Positions 1 through 10,453 of a DNA stretch of 64,000 nt are shown here, one piece after another (the stretch's first letter is position 1; the number at the start of each line of letters is the position of its first letter). Where the stretch lies: NCBI GenBank assembly GCA_049970055.1, contig JBMFNR010000001.1, positions 448,001 through 512,000 of the forward strand, read 5' to 3'. The position numbers and the translations under genes are program-made. The stretch comes from Fervidobacterium sp. (GTDB lineage Bacteria > Thermotogota > Thermotogae > Thermotogales > Fervidobacteriaceae). The notes beneath the pieces are model-generated. The model was not told the DNA's origin. It was given only the letters and a program-made list of their open reading frames with translations, and did no database searches.

Positions 1-2
1 GT

Positions 3-1337
3 GTAAGCATGTCGCGACGAAATAACGTAACAGCTGGTCAGATATATTCTACCATAATTCAAAGAGAACGTGAAGGAAAGTATCTGGGTTCAACTGTGCA
101 AGTAGTTCCGCACGTTACATCGGAAATCAAAGAGCGAATAACAACAATGTCAGGGAAAGTACTATCGATAGAAATAGGTGGAACCGTTGGAGATATAGAG
201 GGTGAAGTATTTTTGGAAGCAGTTAGAGAATTAGCTTTCGAAAAAAGCAGAAATGATTTTCTTTTCATTCACGTAACGTATGTACCGTATCTAAGAGTTA
301 CCAACGAGTTTAAAACAAAACCAACGCAACAATCGGTTCAGCTTTTGAGAAAAATAGGAATTCAACCGGATATGATTGTTGTAAGAAGCGAGCTCCCAAT
401 CGACAGTCAAAGCTTGTACAAAATAGCACTATTTAGCGGTGTGCCTCGAGACATGGTTATCAATCTTCCAGATGTTGGAAATGTGTATCAAATACCAGAA
501 ACACTGTACGAAGCACAAATACACAAAATTGTTGCGAAGAAACTTGGAATAGAAATTGAAGACAAGAAGTTGAATTGGTTTTACCCAAAATCTTTCAAGC
601 CTTACAGAATTGCACTTATTGGTAAATACCTTGGTACAGACGATGCGTACAAAAGTATCATTGAATCGATTTTTCTTGCTGGTGTACAAAAACCAGTTGT
701 TGTTGATGCGCAAGAACTTGAAGAACTTGATGACGATGCGGTTGCACAAAAGCTTTCGAGCTACGATGCGTTGATAATACCTGGTGGTTTTGGACGACGA
801 GGGATAGAAGGGAAGATAAAAGCTATAAAATACGCAAGGGAAAACAACAAACCGATATTAGGGATATGTTTGGGAATGCAACTTATGGCTATCGAATTTG
901 CAAGAAATGTACTTGGTTTTAAAGGAGCAAATTCTACAGAGTTTGACGAAAATACGCCTTACCCTGTTGTAAACATGATGGAAAATCAAAAGAAAGTCAT
1001 GAATCTTGGTGGAACTATGAGGCTTGGTGCCCAGAAGATGAAGGTTCTCATAGATACTAAACTTTACAATATATACAAAGAAGAGGTAGTATACGAACGT
1101 CATAGACACAGGTACGAAGTCGATACGGAAAATTACCGTGATATGTTCAAAAGACCGGGGGAAGATGGATACAAATTTGTTATCGCAGGTGAATCTGAAT
1201 TCTTAGAAGCGATAGAACTTGACAACCATCCATTTTTCGTGGGTGTGCAGTTCCATCCTGAATACAAAAGCAAGGTTGGCTCACCGCATCCGATATTCTT
1301 AGGACTAATAAGAGCAATAGAGGAGGTTAACCAGTGA
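3..1337 (+). CDS. pyrG: CTP synthase (5'-truncated by the window edge)
   Basis: YLGSTVQVVPHVT, EIGGTVGDIE, KTKPTQQSV, glutaminase GICLGMQ and QFHPE motifs; frame is open upstream of the ATG at 9. Confidence 0.97.
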   Translation, partial: VSMSRRNNVTAGQIYSTIIQREREGKYLGSTVQVVPHVTSEIKERITTMSGKVLSIEIGGTVGDIEGEVFLEAVRELAFEKSRNDFLFIHVTYVPYLRVTNEFKTKPTQQSVQLLRKIGIQPDMIVVRSELPIDSQSLYKIALFSGVPRDMVINLPDVGNVYQIPETLYEAQIHKIVAKKLGIEIEDKKLNWFYPKSFKPYRIALIGKYLGTDDAYKSIIESIFLAGVQKPVVVDAQELEELDDDAVAQKLSSYDALIIPGGFGRRGIEGKIKAIKYARENNKPILGICLGMQLMAIEFARNVLGFKGANSTEFDENTPYPVVNMMENQKKVMNLGGTMRLGAQKMKVLIDTKLYNIYKEEVVYERHRHRYEVDTENYRDMFKRPGEDGYKFVIAGESEFLEAIELDNHPFFVGVQFHPEYKSKVGSPHPIFLGLIRAIEEVNQ

Positions 1338-2056
1338 GGAAAAAAATAATAGCAGACTACCATATGCACAGTCATTATTCTCCAGATTCCGAAGCATCTG
1401 TCGAAGAAATTGTTGAAACAGCCAGAGAGAAAGGTATTGAGCGGATAATAATAACGGACCACTATGAAATTGCTGATGAGCATGCAAATGTTTTAGACAT
1501 CGAAAAATACAGAAACGAAATGCAAAGGTACTCACTGCCTGTTGGTGTCGAACTTGGCTGGGATGGTATTAAACCATTGAATGTGGACACAAGTAAATTC
1601 GATTATGTACTTCTTTCGCACCACTTCGTGGAAGATCCAATAACTCAACAAAGTTACAAAAATTACTTGGAAAGACTATTAAAGATAATGAACCAATTTG
1701 ATGGCTACCACGCGCTAGCCCATTTAGACTTTCCAAGAAGATACCAAAAAAACAATGCTTCATTTTCAGTCGAACTATTCGACATAATAACCGAAATTTT
1801 GAACACACTAATTAAAAATGGAAAAATGCTGGAAGTAAACACTGCATCAGTCCAAATTTACGGTGAACCTAACCCTTCGATTGAAATATTAAAACTTTAC
1901 AAATCACTTGGAGGAAGGAACATAACAATAGGTTCCGATGCTCATAGTTTAGAAGACATAGGCAGAGGAATAGAAAGAGGTATTGAAATACTCAAAGAAT
2001 TAGGTTACAATTATATCTTGGTACTTGACACAGAATGGAGAGAAATCAAAATATAA
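1334..2056 (+). CDS. PHP-domain phosphatase, histidinol-phosphatase HisJ-like family
   Basis: [19 protein letters not shown] and GSDAH metal-binding motifs. Confidence 0.85.
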   Translation: MRKKIIADYHMHSHYSPDSEASVEEIVETAREKGIERIIITDHYEIADEHANVLDIEKYRNEMQRYSLPVGVELGWDGIKPLNVDTSKFDYVLLSHHFVEDPITQQSYKNYLERLLKIMNQFDGYHALAHLDFPRRYQKNNASFSVELFDIITEILNTLIKNGKMLEVNTASVQIYGEPNPSIEILKLYKSLGGRNITIGSDAHSLEDIGRGIERGIEILKELGYNYILVLDTEWREIKI

Positions 2057-2090
2057 AAGACTATACAAAACCTACAAGGAGGTATGGATC

Positions 2091-2684
2091 ATGGAAATCA
2101 GTGCACAAATGGTAAAAGAGCTCAGAGAAAGAACAGGCGCTGGAATGCTTGACTGCAAAAATGCACTTATGGAAGCAAACGGAGACTTTGAGAAAGCTAT
2201 AGAAATATTGAGAAAAAAAGGACTTGCAAAAGCTGCTAAGAAAGCTGGAAGGGAAACAAAAGAAGGACTAATAATCTCTTATGTTCACCACAATGGAAAA
2301 ATCGGCGTGCTTCTCGAACTCAACTGTGAAACAGACTTTGTTGCAAGAACAGATGATTTTAAAGAACTTGGTAACAAAATAGCGATGCATATTGCTGCGA
2401 TGTCGCCAAGATGGATTTCAAGAGAAGAAATACCAGTTGATGTTATCGAAAAAGAAAAAGAAATCTACAGAGAGCAACTCAAAGATTCTGGAAAACCAGC
2501 ACAGGTCATCGAAAAGATAATAGAGGGAAAACTTGAAAGCTTCTATCAAGACAACTGCTTGCTCGAGCAAAAATTCGCACTTGATCAAAACGTAACGATA
2601 AAAGAAATGATTCAGCAAGCCATTGCCAAGATAGGCGAGAACATACAAGTTTCAAGGTTTGTCAGAATGCAAATAGGTGAATAA
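2091..2684 (+). CDS. tsf: Translation elongation factor Ts
   Basis: [38 protein letters not shown] before ATG 2091. Confidence 0.97.
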   Translation: MEISAQMVKELRERTGAGMLDCKNALMEANGDFEKAIEILRKKGLAKAAKKAGRETKEGLIISYVHHNGKIGVLLELNCETDFVARTDDFKELGNKIAMHIAAMSPRWISREEIPVDVIEKEKEIYREQLKDSGKPAQVIEKIIEGKLESFYQDNCLLEQKFALDQNVTIKEMIQQAIAKIGENIQVSRFVRMQIGE

Positions 2685-2709
2685 TAGTAATAAATAAAAA
2701 CAAACAAGT

Positions 2710-2751
2710 AAAAACAAAAAGCCGTGCACTTACGCACGGCTTTTTGTTTTT
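2710..2751 (+). terminator. Rho-independent terminator after tsf
   Basis: AAAAGCCGTGC-actta-CGCACGGCTTTTTGTTTTT hairpin with U tract. Confidence 0.85.
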
Positions 2752-2861
2752 CAACTTCAAAAATATGTAATTCATGTGTGAATTTAAACCTCTTAACATT
2801 TCTATGGTAAATTCCCTACCAAAGATATTAAAATAACATTTAAAGACAAATTTGAAAGAAG

Positions 2862-3311
2862 GTGTTAATTATACCAGACACTTTAAATCAAAAAGACGGC
2901 TTTACGATAGTTGAGATTCTAATAGTCCTCGCGGTAATCGCATTATTAATCGTAATAATAGCCCCAGCTGCTGGAAAAATAGTCCTTGATGCACGTGCAA
3001 CAAACGTTGCGCAGAACGTCTTGGCTATTAAACATGCCGTTGAATACTACTACTTAGACGAGAGAAGGCTTCCTGAGAGTACAAGCGAACTATACCGTAA
3101 AGGGTATCTGAATACCAGATTCAGTAATGATTACGTGATATCCTTTGAAGGACAGATAAACAGTAGTAAGCCACTGATGTTAGTTGTTACAACGCCTTAT
3201 GACGAAATAAACGAGGCATTGGTTGCCTCGAAAGGTTTAAAAAACGCTCAGATTGTTAATGAAAACGAAAAGCTAATCATAAAAATGAAGATCGAAGAGA
3301 TGAACAAATGA
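2862..3311 (+). CDS. Type IV pilin / pseudopilin with prepilin N-terminal cleavage-methylation site
   Basis: KDG|FTIVEILIVLAVIALL class III signal peptide. Confidence 0.85.
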   Translation: MLIIPDTLNQKDGFTIVEILIVLAVIALLIVIIAPAAGKIVLDARATNVAQNVLAIKHAVEYYYLDERRLPESTSELYRKGYLNTRFSNDYVISFEGQINSSKPLMLVVTTPYDEINEALVASKGLKNAQIVNENEKLIIKMKIEEMNK

Positions 3312-3464
3312 ATCTTAATTTAATGCATTTCAAACTTGTCTTTTTGTATTTCATCTCAAAAAAATTGCGGGATACATTTTATTAGAACGTAATTGAAAAT
3401 ACATATGGTATAATAAAAATGTGTAATAAAAAATTGCACACTCTAAAAAAGGAGGTTTGGATGT

Positions 3465-3884
3465 ATGAAAAAAGGTTTTACATTGGTTGAGTTACTCATT
3501 GTTTTGGCAGTTATTGCAGCGCTTATGGCTGTTGCAACACCACTTGCACTCAACGCGTTGAAGGAAGCAAAAGCTTCTCAAGTAGCACAGAACTTTAGAA
3601 ACATTAAAGCAGCTGTGGAAAATTACTGGAACACAGAAAAAAACACAAACGCATTTACTTTGAACGATTTAGTTACCAAGGGCTATCTCAGTAGTGCCCC
3701 TCAAAACTTCTCTATACCACCAGTCGCGGCAGACGGTACTAACCCTGGTGTGTACAATGTCACGATAACCTATTCAGGTAAAGATACTGATGTAACAAGA
3801 GTACAATCAAACGGAATGCAGGAAGTAACTGCTACAGCTGGAGGAGATCTTACATTGACATTTAGCTTGCAAAAATGGTGGTAA
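3465..3884 (+). CDS. Type IV pilin (probable major pilin)
   Basis: MKKG|FTLVELLIVLAVIAAL; strong AGGAGG RBS; own terminator. Confidence 0.9.
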   Translation: MKKGFTLVELLIVLAVIAALMAVATPLALNALKEAKASQVAQNFRNIKAAVENYWNTEKNTNAFTLNDLVTKGYLSSAPQNFSIPPVAADGTNPGVYNVTITYSGKDTDVTRVQSNGMQEVTATAGGDLTLTFSLQKWW

Positions 3885-3913
3885 TATCAACAAATAGCTG
3901 GAAATAAATTCCG

Positions 3914-3948
3914 AAATCCCCCGAAAGGGGGATTTTTATTTTATTTTT
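3914..3948. terminator. Bidirectional terminator between pilin and kamE
   Basis: AAATCCCCC-GAAA-GGGGGATTT plus T tract. Confidence 0.8.
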
Positions 3949-4736
3949 TACTTTTTGTGCCTCCTGATCCATTCTTGGACTATAAATGCACCTACGTCCT
4001 CTGCGAATGTGCCTGGACCAAAACCTGCATCAAAACCAAGTTCTTTGGCAAGCTCATGAGTTATCCTTGGACCACCAACTACGACAATAACATCTTTCCT
4101 TATACCTTCCGCTTCAAGTAATTCTATCAGATGCGTCAAATTTTTTATATGAACATTCTTTTGTGTGACTGTTTGTGAAACAAGGAGCGCATCGGCTTTT
4201 ACTTCGATGGCTTTCGCTACGAATTCTTCGTTTGGTACTTGACTACCCATGTTGTAAACTTCAAACATGCGGTATCTTTCAAGTCCGTAGTGCCCTGCAA
4301 AGCCTTTCATATTCAATATAGCATCAAGGCCAACGGTGTGTGCATCGGTACCTGTTGTGGCGCCTACAACAACTAGTTTCCTACCAATGTTTTTTTCGAT
4401 AAACTCGTCTATCTCTTCCATTGACATTTTGTGAACTTCAACTTTTGGAACTTTTATCGATGTGTAATCGACGGTATGAACACATTCTCCGTAACCTATG
4501 AAAAATGTAAATCCGGGAGTTAATTGGTAGTGATAAACAATCATGGGATTGTCTAATCCCATCTTTTTCATCAGTTGCTTTGCTGCCTCGACTGCTTCGT
4601 CACCATCAGGTACTGGTAGTGCGAAACTTACCTGTACTTTCCCATCATTTATCGTATCCCCGTAAGGTTTTATGGCCTTCAAATTCAGTGTTTTGTCGAA
4701 ATCTTTTTTATCAAGTGAATAAAGTCCTCCACTCAT
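3948..4736 (-). CDS. kamE: Lysine 5,6-aminomutase beta subunit (AdoCbl-binding)
   Basis: KPYGDT, DAHTVG cobalamin His-on motif, NMKG PLP lysine. Confidence 0.95.
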   Translation of the reverse strand: MSGGLYSLDKKDFDKTLNLKAIKPYGDTINDGKVQVSFALPVPDGDEAVEAAKQLMKKMGLDNPMIVYHYQLTPGFTFFIGYGECVHTVDYTSIKVPKVEVHKMSMEEIDEFIEKNIGRKLVVVGATTGTDAHTVGLDAILNMKGFAGHYGLERYRMFEVYNMGSQVPNEEFVAKAIEVKADALLVSQTVTQKNVHIKNLTHLIELLEAEGIRKDVIVVVGGPRITHELAKELGFDAGFGPGTFAEDVGAFIVQEWIRRHKK

Positions 4737-4763
4737 TTTTGTTTCCCCCTTCGTGTACTTTTA

Positions 4764-6320
4764 TCATACTTCTCTATTAAGCATTTTCTCTTCAAATGGA
4801 TTATAATAGTACTGCCCTTTTTCAAAGACACCGTCAAGTCCTTTTCCTCCCTTAAGTGGGCGCTTTGTATTTGCAAATACACCCTTTTCAAGGGATTTAA
4901 ATAACCCATCTTCCCTCATCTTTTCAAGGAGCTCAATTGCCTGATCGAGTACTTCCCTTGCGCGTCTTTGAATGATTCCATCAGGTTTGAATATAACCTC
5001 ATCACCTAAGTTTTTCATGTTGTTGAATATATATTTTGCAGTTTCTATTGCAATGTATCTATCGGATAAGAAAGGTGTATGAATTGCCTCTGTCATCATA
5101 CCGAGTAATTGTATTCCTTGTTTGGTCCAGATACCAACGACGTTAAACATAGCATCTTGAACAAGTCCTCTAAATATGTTACCTGTCATGAACCGTGTTG
5201 GAGGCATGTATTTAAGTGGTGCTTTTGGGAAAAGTTCCCTTGAAAGCTGAGCTTGAGCAAGTTCGTATAGAAAGCCATTTTCAAGCCATGGGTCCATTTC
5301 AAACGCGTGGCCTAATCCCATCTGTTCTTCTGGTATGCCTGCAAGTAACGCTAACTGTTCGTTTATAAGCTGCGACGAGATTACAGTATATCCTTGTTCG
5401 TAAGCATCTGCGGTTGTTAAGTAGTTATCTTCACCAGTATTAATTATAATCCCGGCGTAGCCAAGTATTATTCTCGAGAAATATTGGTCAATCATCGTTC
5501 TTATCATGTTAATGTCTCTAAAAAGTATTCCATAAAGTGCATCGTTAAGCATAACATCTAAGCGTTCAATGGCGCCAAGTGCAGCGATCTCTGGCATACA
5601 TAAACCGGAACTGTAATTAGTTTGTCTTACGTACCTACCAACTTCTTTTGCAACCTCATCAAGAGCTTTTCTCATTATTCTAAAATTCTCTTGTGTGGCA
5701 AATGTACCACCGAAACCTTCCGTTGTTGCACCGTATGGTACATAATCTAGTAGACTCTGTGCTGTTGAGCGTATGACTGCGATTATATCTGCTCCTTGTC
5801 TAACTGCCGCTTGTGCTTGAACAACGTCCTCGTATATATTACCCGTTGCAACAATAACGTATATATAAGGCTGCATGGGGTCTCCCAGTTCCTTTATCAT
5901 TCTTTCCCGTTCTGCTTTCTTTTCTTTGATATGTGTGATTGCCTTTACAGCGAGTTCGTCTACAACCGCTCTGATCTCGCTGACACTGTGCATTGGCAGT
6001 TTGGTTAGGTCGAGTTTAGCATTGGCTACATGCTCCGCAATTTCTTGTGGGTTCATACCAGTTTCGATCATTGCGTTACCTATATACAGCGATATTCCGT
6101 TACTTAAAGCCCCCTTCTCTTTGAGATGATCAACAACAACATTTGGAAGTGGGACGTCCTCGTTGTTTACACCATCTATCCCAAAAAATCTACAAATCGT
6201 TCTCTCAACACTTACAGTAGAATACTGTTTAACAAAATTCACAACATCAACGGCTATATCATGGGCGAGTTGCCTTGCTTTCTCAACTTTCTTTGGGTCT
6301 ATACCAAGTTTACTTTCCAT
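4764..6320 (-). CDS. kamD: Lysine 5,6-aminomutase alpha subunit
   Basis: IVATGNIYED, AVIRSTAQSLLDYVPYG, NYSSGLCMPE, KYMPPT. Confidence 0.95.
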   Translation of the reverse strand: MESKLGIDPKKVEKARQLAHDIAVDVVNFVKQYSTVSVERTICRFFGIDGVNNEDVPLPNVVVDHLKEKGALSNGISLYIGNAMIETGMNPQEIAEHVANAKLDLTKLPMHSVSEIRAVVDELAVKAITHIKEKKAERERMIKELGDPMQPYIYVIVATGNIYEDVVQAQAAVRQGADIIAVIRSTAQSLLDYVPYGATTEGFGGTFATQENFRIMRKALDEVAKEVGRYVRQTNYSSGLCMPEIAALGAIERLDVMLNDALYGILFRDINMIRTMIDQYFSRIILGYAGIIINTGEDNYLTTADAYEQGYTVISSQLINEQLALLAGIPEEQMGLGHAFEMDPWLENGFLYELAQAQLSRELFPKAPLKYMPPTRFMTGNIFRGLVQDAMFNVVGIWTKQGIQLLGMMTEAIHTPFLSDRYIAIETAKYIFNNMKNLGDEVIFKPDGIIQRRAREVLDQAIELLEKMREDGLFKSLEKGVFANTKRPLKGGKGLDGVFEKGQYYYNPFEEKMLNREV

Positions 6321-7740
6321 ACTCGTTTGCCTCCCCTTTTCTTTCTTTATTCACTAATTCGAGAATTCTCTTGTCAACACCCAGCAGTTCCATAACCCTT
6401 GTGGCTTCTTTTGGTATAGAAGTATCATCCGTTTCAACAAGTCTGTAGTCTATATAATCTTGAATGTTTATTATAATATCCTCAGATCTTTGTAGTGATT
6501 TTATTAATTCTTCTCTTAAACCATTTACTTTAAGCCTTCTTTTTGCACGTACATTGTCGAAATGTGTAACAATTAACGCGTATGGTTTGATCTCTTCGAG
6601 TAAATTTACGAGTGCATTTACAATAGCTGTACCTTCTAATGGATTAGTAGTACGTGCCGGTTCATCGATAAGTACTAGACTGATACCTTTTTCAATTTGC
6701 TTTATCGTTTCATTGATCATCAGAATCTCTGCACCAAACGAGGATAGTCCAGAGAGTGGTCTTTGATTGTCTTCGACTATTATTGAAATATGTTCCAAAT
6801 AGCGTGTTTTACAAAAAGCTGCTGGCACGAAGAATCCATGTTGAGCCATGTATTGAATTAGTGCCACGGTTCTAAGTACGACACTTTTACCAGACATATT
6901 TGCACCGATTATAAGTGTTACTCCACGCGTAATTTGTATATCAACAGGTTGATATTTTTTTCCACGATTTTCGAGTTCGACTTTCAATTTCGGATTAAAA
7001 ATACCATGAATAGTTATGTCTACATCATCTTGGACAATTTCAGGCTTTGTTAATCCTAATTCCTTTGCAAGCTTTGCTTTTGCTAAAATAACATCAAGAT
7101 ATTTTATCCTTTCTATAGATTCAATGATTTTGTGAGAATAACTATGTAATACTTGACTAAGCTTTTCAAGAATTTCTCCTTCAATTTCATGCTCTTGCTG
7201 AGATAGTTCTAACAGTTCATTCTCATGTTCCTTCCCATCTTTAAGTAGTTCTCTTTTTCTCTTCCTTATCTGCTTTAGTTTATCATCGTAAGCATCGTAT
7301 ATGTAAAACGTTGGCATTTTTAATCCTTCCGGATCCAATAGTTCTATAACTTCTGTCAATTGCGGTGGTAAAAAATAGTCTGGCAAGTTCGAACTTATCT
7401 TTTCTCTGATACTCTCGACGACTAATGCGTAGTTTTTCAACTCGAATAGCTCTATTTCATCAATAATTTCACCTCTTTTGACTCTTTCAGCTGTTGTTGA
7501 GATATCCACTATGCACTCAAGATCATGCAAAACTTCTTTGATTACTTTGTTGTTCAGAAGATTAATCAGTAAGTATGTATCTTCAAGATGCTGAGCAATA
7601 TGCTCAAAGCTCAGCGGTTGTATGTGCCTAAAATACTTTGATCCGAACGGCGTTTTTGGCTCGAGTAATGATTTAATATACTCAAAACCGGTAATTTTCT
7701 CAAAATCTTCCCTTTTTGGTATCACCGTCAAGTTTGTCAT
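6310..7740 (-). CDS. kamC: MutS-like ATPase, lysine 5,6-aminomutase reactivase subunit
   Basis: GANMSGKS Walker A, LSSFGAE, LIDEPARTTNP, VTHF; lies between kamB and kamD. Confidence 0.8.
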   Translation of the reverse strand: MTNLTVIPKREDFEKITGFEYIKSLLEPKTPFGSKYFRHIQPLSFEHIAQHLEDTYLLINLLNNKVIKEVLHDLECIVDISTTAERVKRGEIIDEIELFELKNYALVVESIREKISSNLPDYFLPPQLTEVIELLDPEGLKMPTFYIYDAYDDKLKQIRKRKRELLKDGKEHENELLELSQQEHEIEGEILEKLSQVLHSYSHKIIESIERIKYLDVILAKAKLAKELGLTKPEIVQDDVDITIHGIFNPKLKVELENRGKKYQPVDIQITRGVTLIIGANMSGKSVVLRTVALIQYMAQHGFFVPAAFCKTRYLEHISIIVEDNQRPLSGLSSFGAEILMINETIKQIEKGISLVLIDEPARTTNPLEGTAIVNALVNLLEEIKPYALIVTHFDNVRAKRRLKVNGLREELIKSLQRSEDIIINIQDYIDYRLVETDDTSIPKEATRVMELLGVDKRILELVNKERKGEANEYGK

Positions 7741-7755
7741 CTTTTCACCTTCGCA

Positions 7756-8733
7756 TCATTTCCGCACATCGATGATAGGAACGTCTGGTATACTTTCTTT
7801 TAAGCTATTTACAAGCGTTTCAGAATCGAGAATGTAACCGTTTGGAGAAAATGGATTAACGGTTATACCTATAACATTTGTTGGTAAGAGAACCTTTATT
7901 TTTGGTTTGTACTTTACATACATTTCGTACGATACAAATACCTTCGTAAAATCGCGAACAATTATGTCCTTGTTGTATATGTGCTCAAGTATGTTGTCGG
8001 TAAGGGAACCAGGTATATATATCGCTTCAAAATTTGTCAATTCTCTAAGCTTTTGTATATGAAGTGCGGAGGAAATATCACTTTCATACCAACCATCTTT
8101 AGTGAGCAGACATATATTTTGTGCATTTTTCAGCTCATCAAAAGTTTTATTATCTACTTTTGGAAGATTACAAAGTGTGTGAACATATCTTGTATGCTTT
8201 ATTATTTCCCTTTTCTCAAGCGAGTATGCAGCACCAGTTGCAAGAACTATACTATCGGCTATCGATGGATTTGCTTGACTAAATCGTGAGATGGCTCCGT
8301 CGACAACTACTAAATCCACATATCTATGCAAAAAATCTACAATTTCCTCCATCCAAGCCGTTGTTTGTGGACCGGAAAGAATTATTTTGCCTTTTTCCAG
8401 TGCTTTGGCGATGATTACCCGGCCAGTTGGTGTGGTAAATTTTGAGACATGAAAAATCTCTGACAGTACTCTTTTTTGTTTAAAAAAGGTCTCCGTTGTT
8501 GTGTAAATTATATCTTCATCAACATACACGGACGGTTTTAGAGTACCAAAAACAATATCTTTCTCCTCACCGTCCGTGCCAATTGATGTAATAGCAATTC
8601 TTTTTTTATCTTTAACATTTTCAACGATAAAATTGAGTGTTTCTGTCTTACCTGTATTTTTCTCCAAACCAATTATTGCGAGTGTCTTTGAATTTAAGAC
8701 AGATTCTATTAATCTTTCCTTGTCTTGCTTCAT
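7756..8733 (-). CDS. kamB: P-loop protein, lysine 5,6-aminomutase reactivase subunit
   Basis: GLEKNTGKT, TSIGTDGE, VDGAISR; conserved position in kam clusters. Confidence 0.75.
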   Translation of the reverse strand: MKQDKERLIESVLNSKTLAIIGLEKNTGKTETLNFIVENVKDKKRIAITSIGTDGEEKDIVFGTLKPSVYVDEDIIYTTTETFFKQKRVLSEIFHVSKFTTPTGRVIIAKALEKGKIILSGPQTTAWMEEIVDFLHRYVDLVVVDGAISRFSQANPSIADSIVLATGAAYSLEKREIIKHTRYVHTLCNLPKVDNKTFDELKNAQNICLLTKDGWYESDISSALHIQKLRELTNFEAIYIPGSLTDNILEHIYNKDIIVRDFTKVFVSYEMYVKYKPKIKVLLPTNVIGITVNPFSPNGYILDSETLVNSLKESIPDVPIIDVRK

Positions 8734-9143
8734 TATACCTTCACTAGTGCCTCACCTTCAATTGCATTTTCTCCATTACTTTTTACAACAAGTGTATCAA
8801 GAAGAACACGCCTTTTTTCTTTATCAATCTCTTTGACAACAAGTTTTACTGTGACTTCTTCACCCACATAAACAGGTCTTTTAAATTTCGCATTCTGCAT
8901 CAAATAGATTGTACCCGCCCCGGGGAATTCCATCCCCAGCACGGAAGAGATTATGCCAAGTGTCAGGATTCCATGTGCAATCCTACCTCCAAAAATGGTA
9001 TTCTTTGCGTATTCTTCGTCTAAGTGTACAGGGTTCTTGTCCCCTGTTGCCTCCGCAAAGAGCTTTACCATCTCATCTGTTACTATCTTTTTCACTTCGT
9101 ATGTCTGGCCAACGTACATTTCATTTATGTCCATAGAGTTCAC
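8733..9143 (-). CDS. MaoC-family (R)-specific enoyl-CoA hydratase
   Basis: [14 protein letters not shown]...FGGRIAHG hydratase-2 motif. Confidence 0.9.
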   Translation of the reverse strand: MNSMDINEMYVGQTYEVKKIVTDEMVKLFAEATGDKNPVHLDEEYAKNTIFGGRIAHGILTLGIISSVLGMEFPGAGTIYLMQNAKFKRPVYVGEEVTVKLVVKEIDKEKRRVLLDTLVVKSNGENAIEGEALVKV

Positions 9144-10417
9144 TCCTTACTTTTATTTTGTTTTTCTTTCCACTCTTTTATCCTTTCATGTCTTTCAAGA
9201 TGTGCTGGTTCAATGCTGATTTTCTTATCCGTAAATAATGAAGCCACACCTGAGAATTTGTATTTTGATCTGTATTCACTATCGTCTACATCACTTTCTG
9301 TGTCTTCTGGTTCATGATAAGCAACGATGACACCCTCATAATTTCTCAGAATAACTGTATGGTCTGACATAGATATCACATAATTTGGCATTACCCTTAT
9401 TTTCCCACCACCTGCTGGTGCATCAACAACAAACGATGGTACGCAAAATCCTGATGTATGACCAATCAATGCTTCCATTATTTCAAGACCTTTTTTGATC
9501 GACGTTCTAAAGTGTGCTAATCCTTGAGAGAGGTCACACTGGTATATGTAGTAAGGTCTCACACGTATCTTTACAAGTTGATGTACCAATTCCATCATTA
9601 TGTATGGGCTATCATTTATACCTCTAAGTAAAACAGTTTGATTCCCAAGTGGGATACCTGCATCTGCGAGCATTTCGCATGCTTTTGATGATTCAGGAGT
9701 TATCTCTTTCGGATGGTTGAAATGTGTATTTATCCATATTGGATGGTATTTTTTCAACATATCTGTGAGTTCCGGTGTAATCATCTGAGGTAATACAACA
9801 GGTGTTCTTGTCCCTATTCTTATTATCTCAAGATGCTTTATTTTTCTTAATTCCTTCAGTATATACTCAAGCATTTCAATTCCAACAAGTAATCCATCTC
9901 CACCGGAGATGAGTACGTCCCTTACTTGGGGTGTTTCTCTAACGTATTCAATCATGGCATCTATTTCTTGCTTGGTCCTTGCTCTATCGTGTTGACCTGC
10001 GAATCTTCTTCTTGTACAATGCCTGCAGTACATTGAACACATATCGGTGACAAGCATTAACACCCTGTCAGGATATCTATGTGTTAGTCCAGGCACTGGT
10101 GAATCTTCATCTTCGTGAAGTGGATCTGTCATATCCCACGGAGAAACGATTAACTCCTTTGCTGTTGGAACAGCTTGTCTTCTTATTGGACATTTCGGAT
10201 CATCTGGATTCATCAAACTTGCATAGTACGGGGTTATTGCCATTCTCAACGTTTTAAGAGCATTTCTAACACCCTCTTCTTCCTCCGGTGTGAGATTGAT
10301 AACCTGTTTGAGAGCATCTACATCCATTATTCTGTTTCTTATCTGCCAGCGCCAATCGTTCCACTCTTCTTCTGTAACATTTTTCCAAAGTGGTATGTCT
10401 TTAAAATACCTTGCCAC
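9140..10417 (-). CDS. kamA: Lysine 2,3-aminomutase (radical SAM)
   Basis: CSMYCRHC cluster motif, [18 protein letters not shown] lysine; GTG start after GGAGGTG RBS. Confidence 0.96.
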   Translation of the reverse strand: MARYFKDIPLWKNVTEEEWNDWRWQIRNRIMDVDALKQVINLTPEEEEGVRNALKTLRMAITPYYASLMNPDDPKCPIRRQAVPTAKELIVSPWDMTDPLHEDEDSPVPGLTHRYPDRVLMLVTDMCSMYCRHCTRRRFAGQHDRARTKQEIDAMIEYVRETPQVRDVLISGGDGLLVGIEMLEYILKELRKIKHLEIIRIGTRTPVVLPQMITPELTDMLKKYHPIWINTHFNHPKEITPESSKACEMLADAGIPLGNQTVLLRGINDSPYIMMELVHQLVKIRVRPYYIYQCDLSQGLAHFRTSIKKGLEIMEALIGHTSGFCVPSFVVDAPAGGGKIRVMPNYVISMSDHTVILRNYEGVIVAYHEPEDTESDVDDSEYRSKYKFSGVASLFTDKKISIEPAHLERHERIKEWKEKQNKSKE

Positions 10418-10453
10418 TGTAAACACCTCCAACAATCTACTTAATTATAAGTG

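Noticed and set aside
6310..7740. DNA mismatch repair MutS
   Set aside because: Lacks mismatch-recognition and Smr domains; context indicates KamC.
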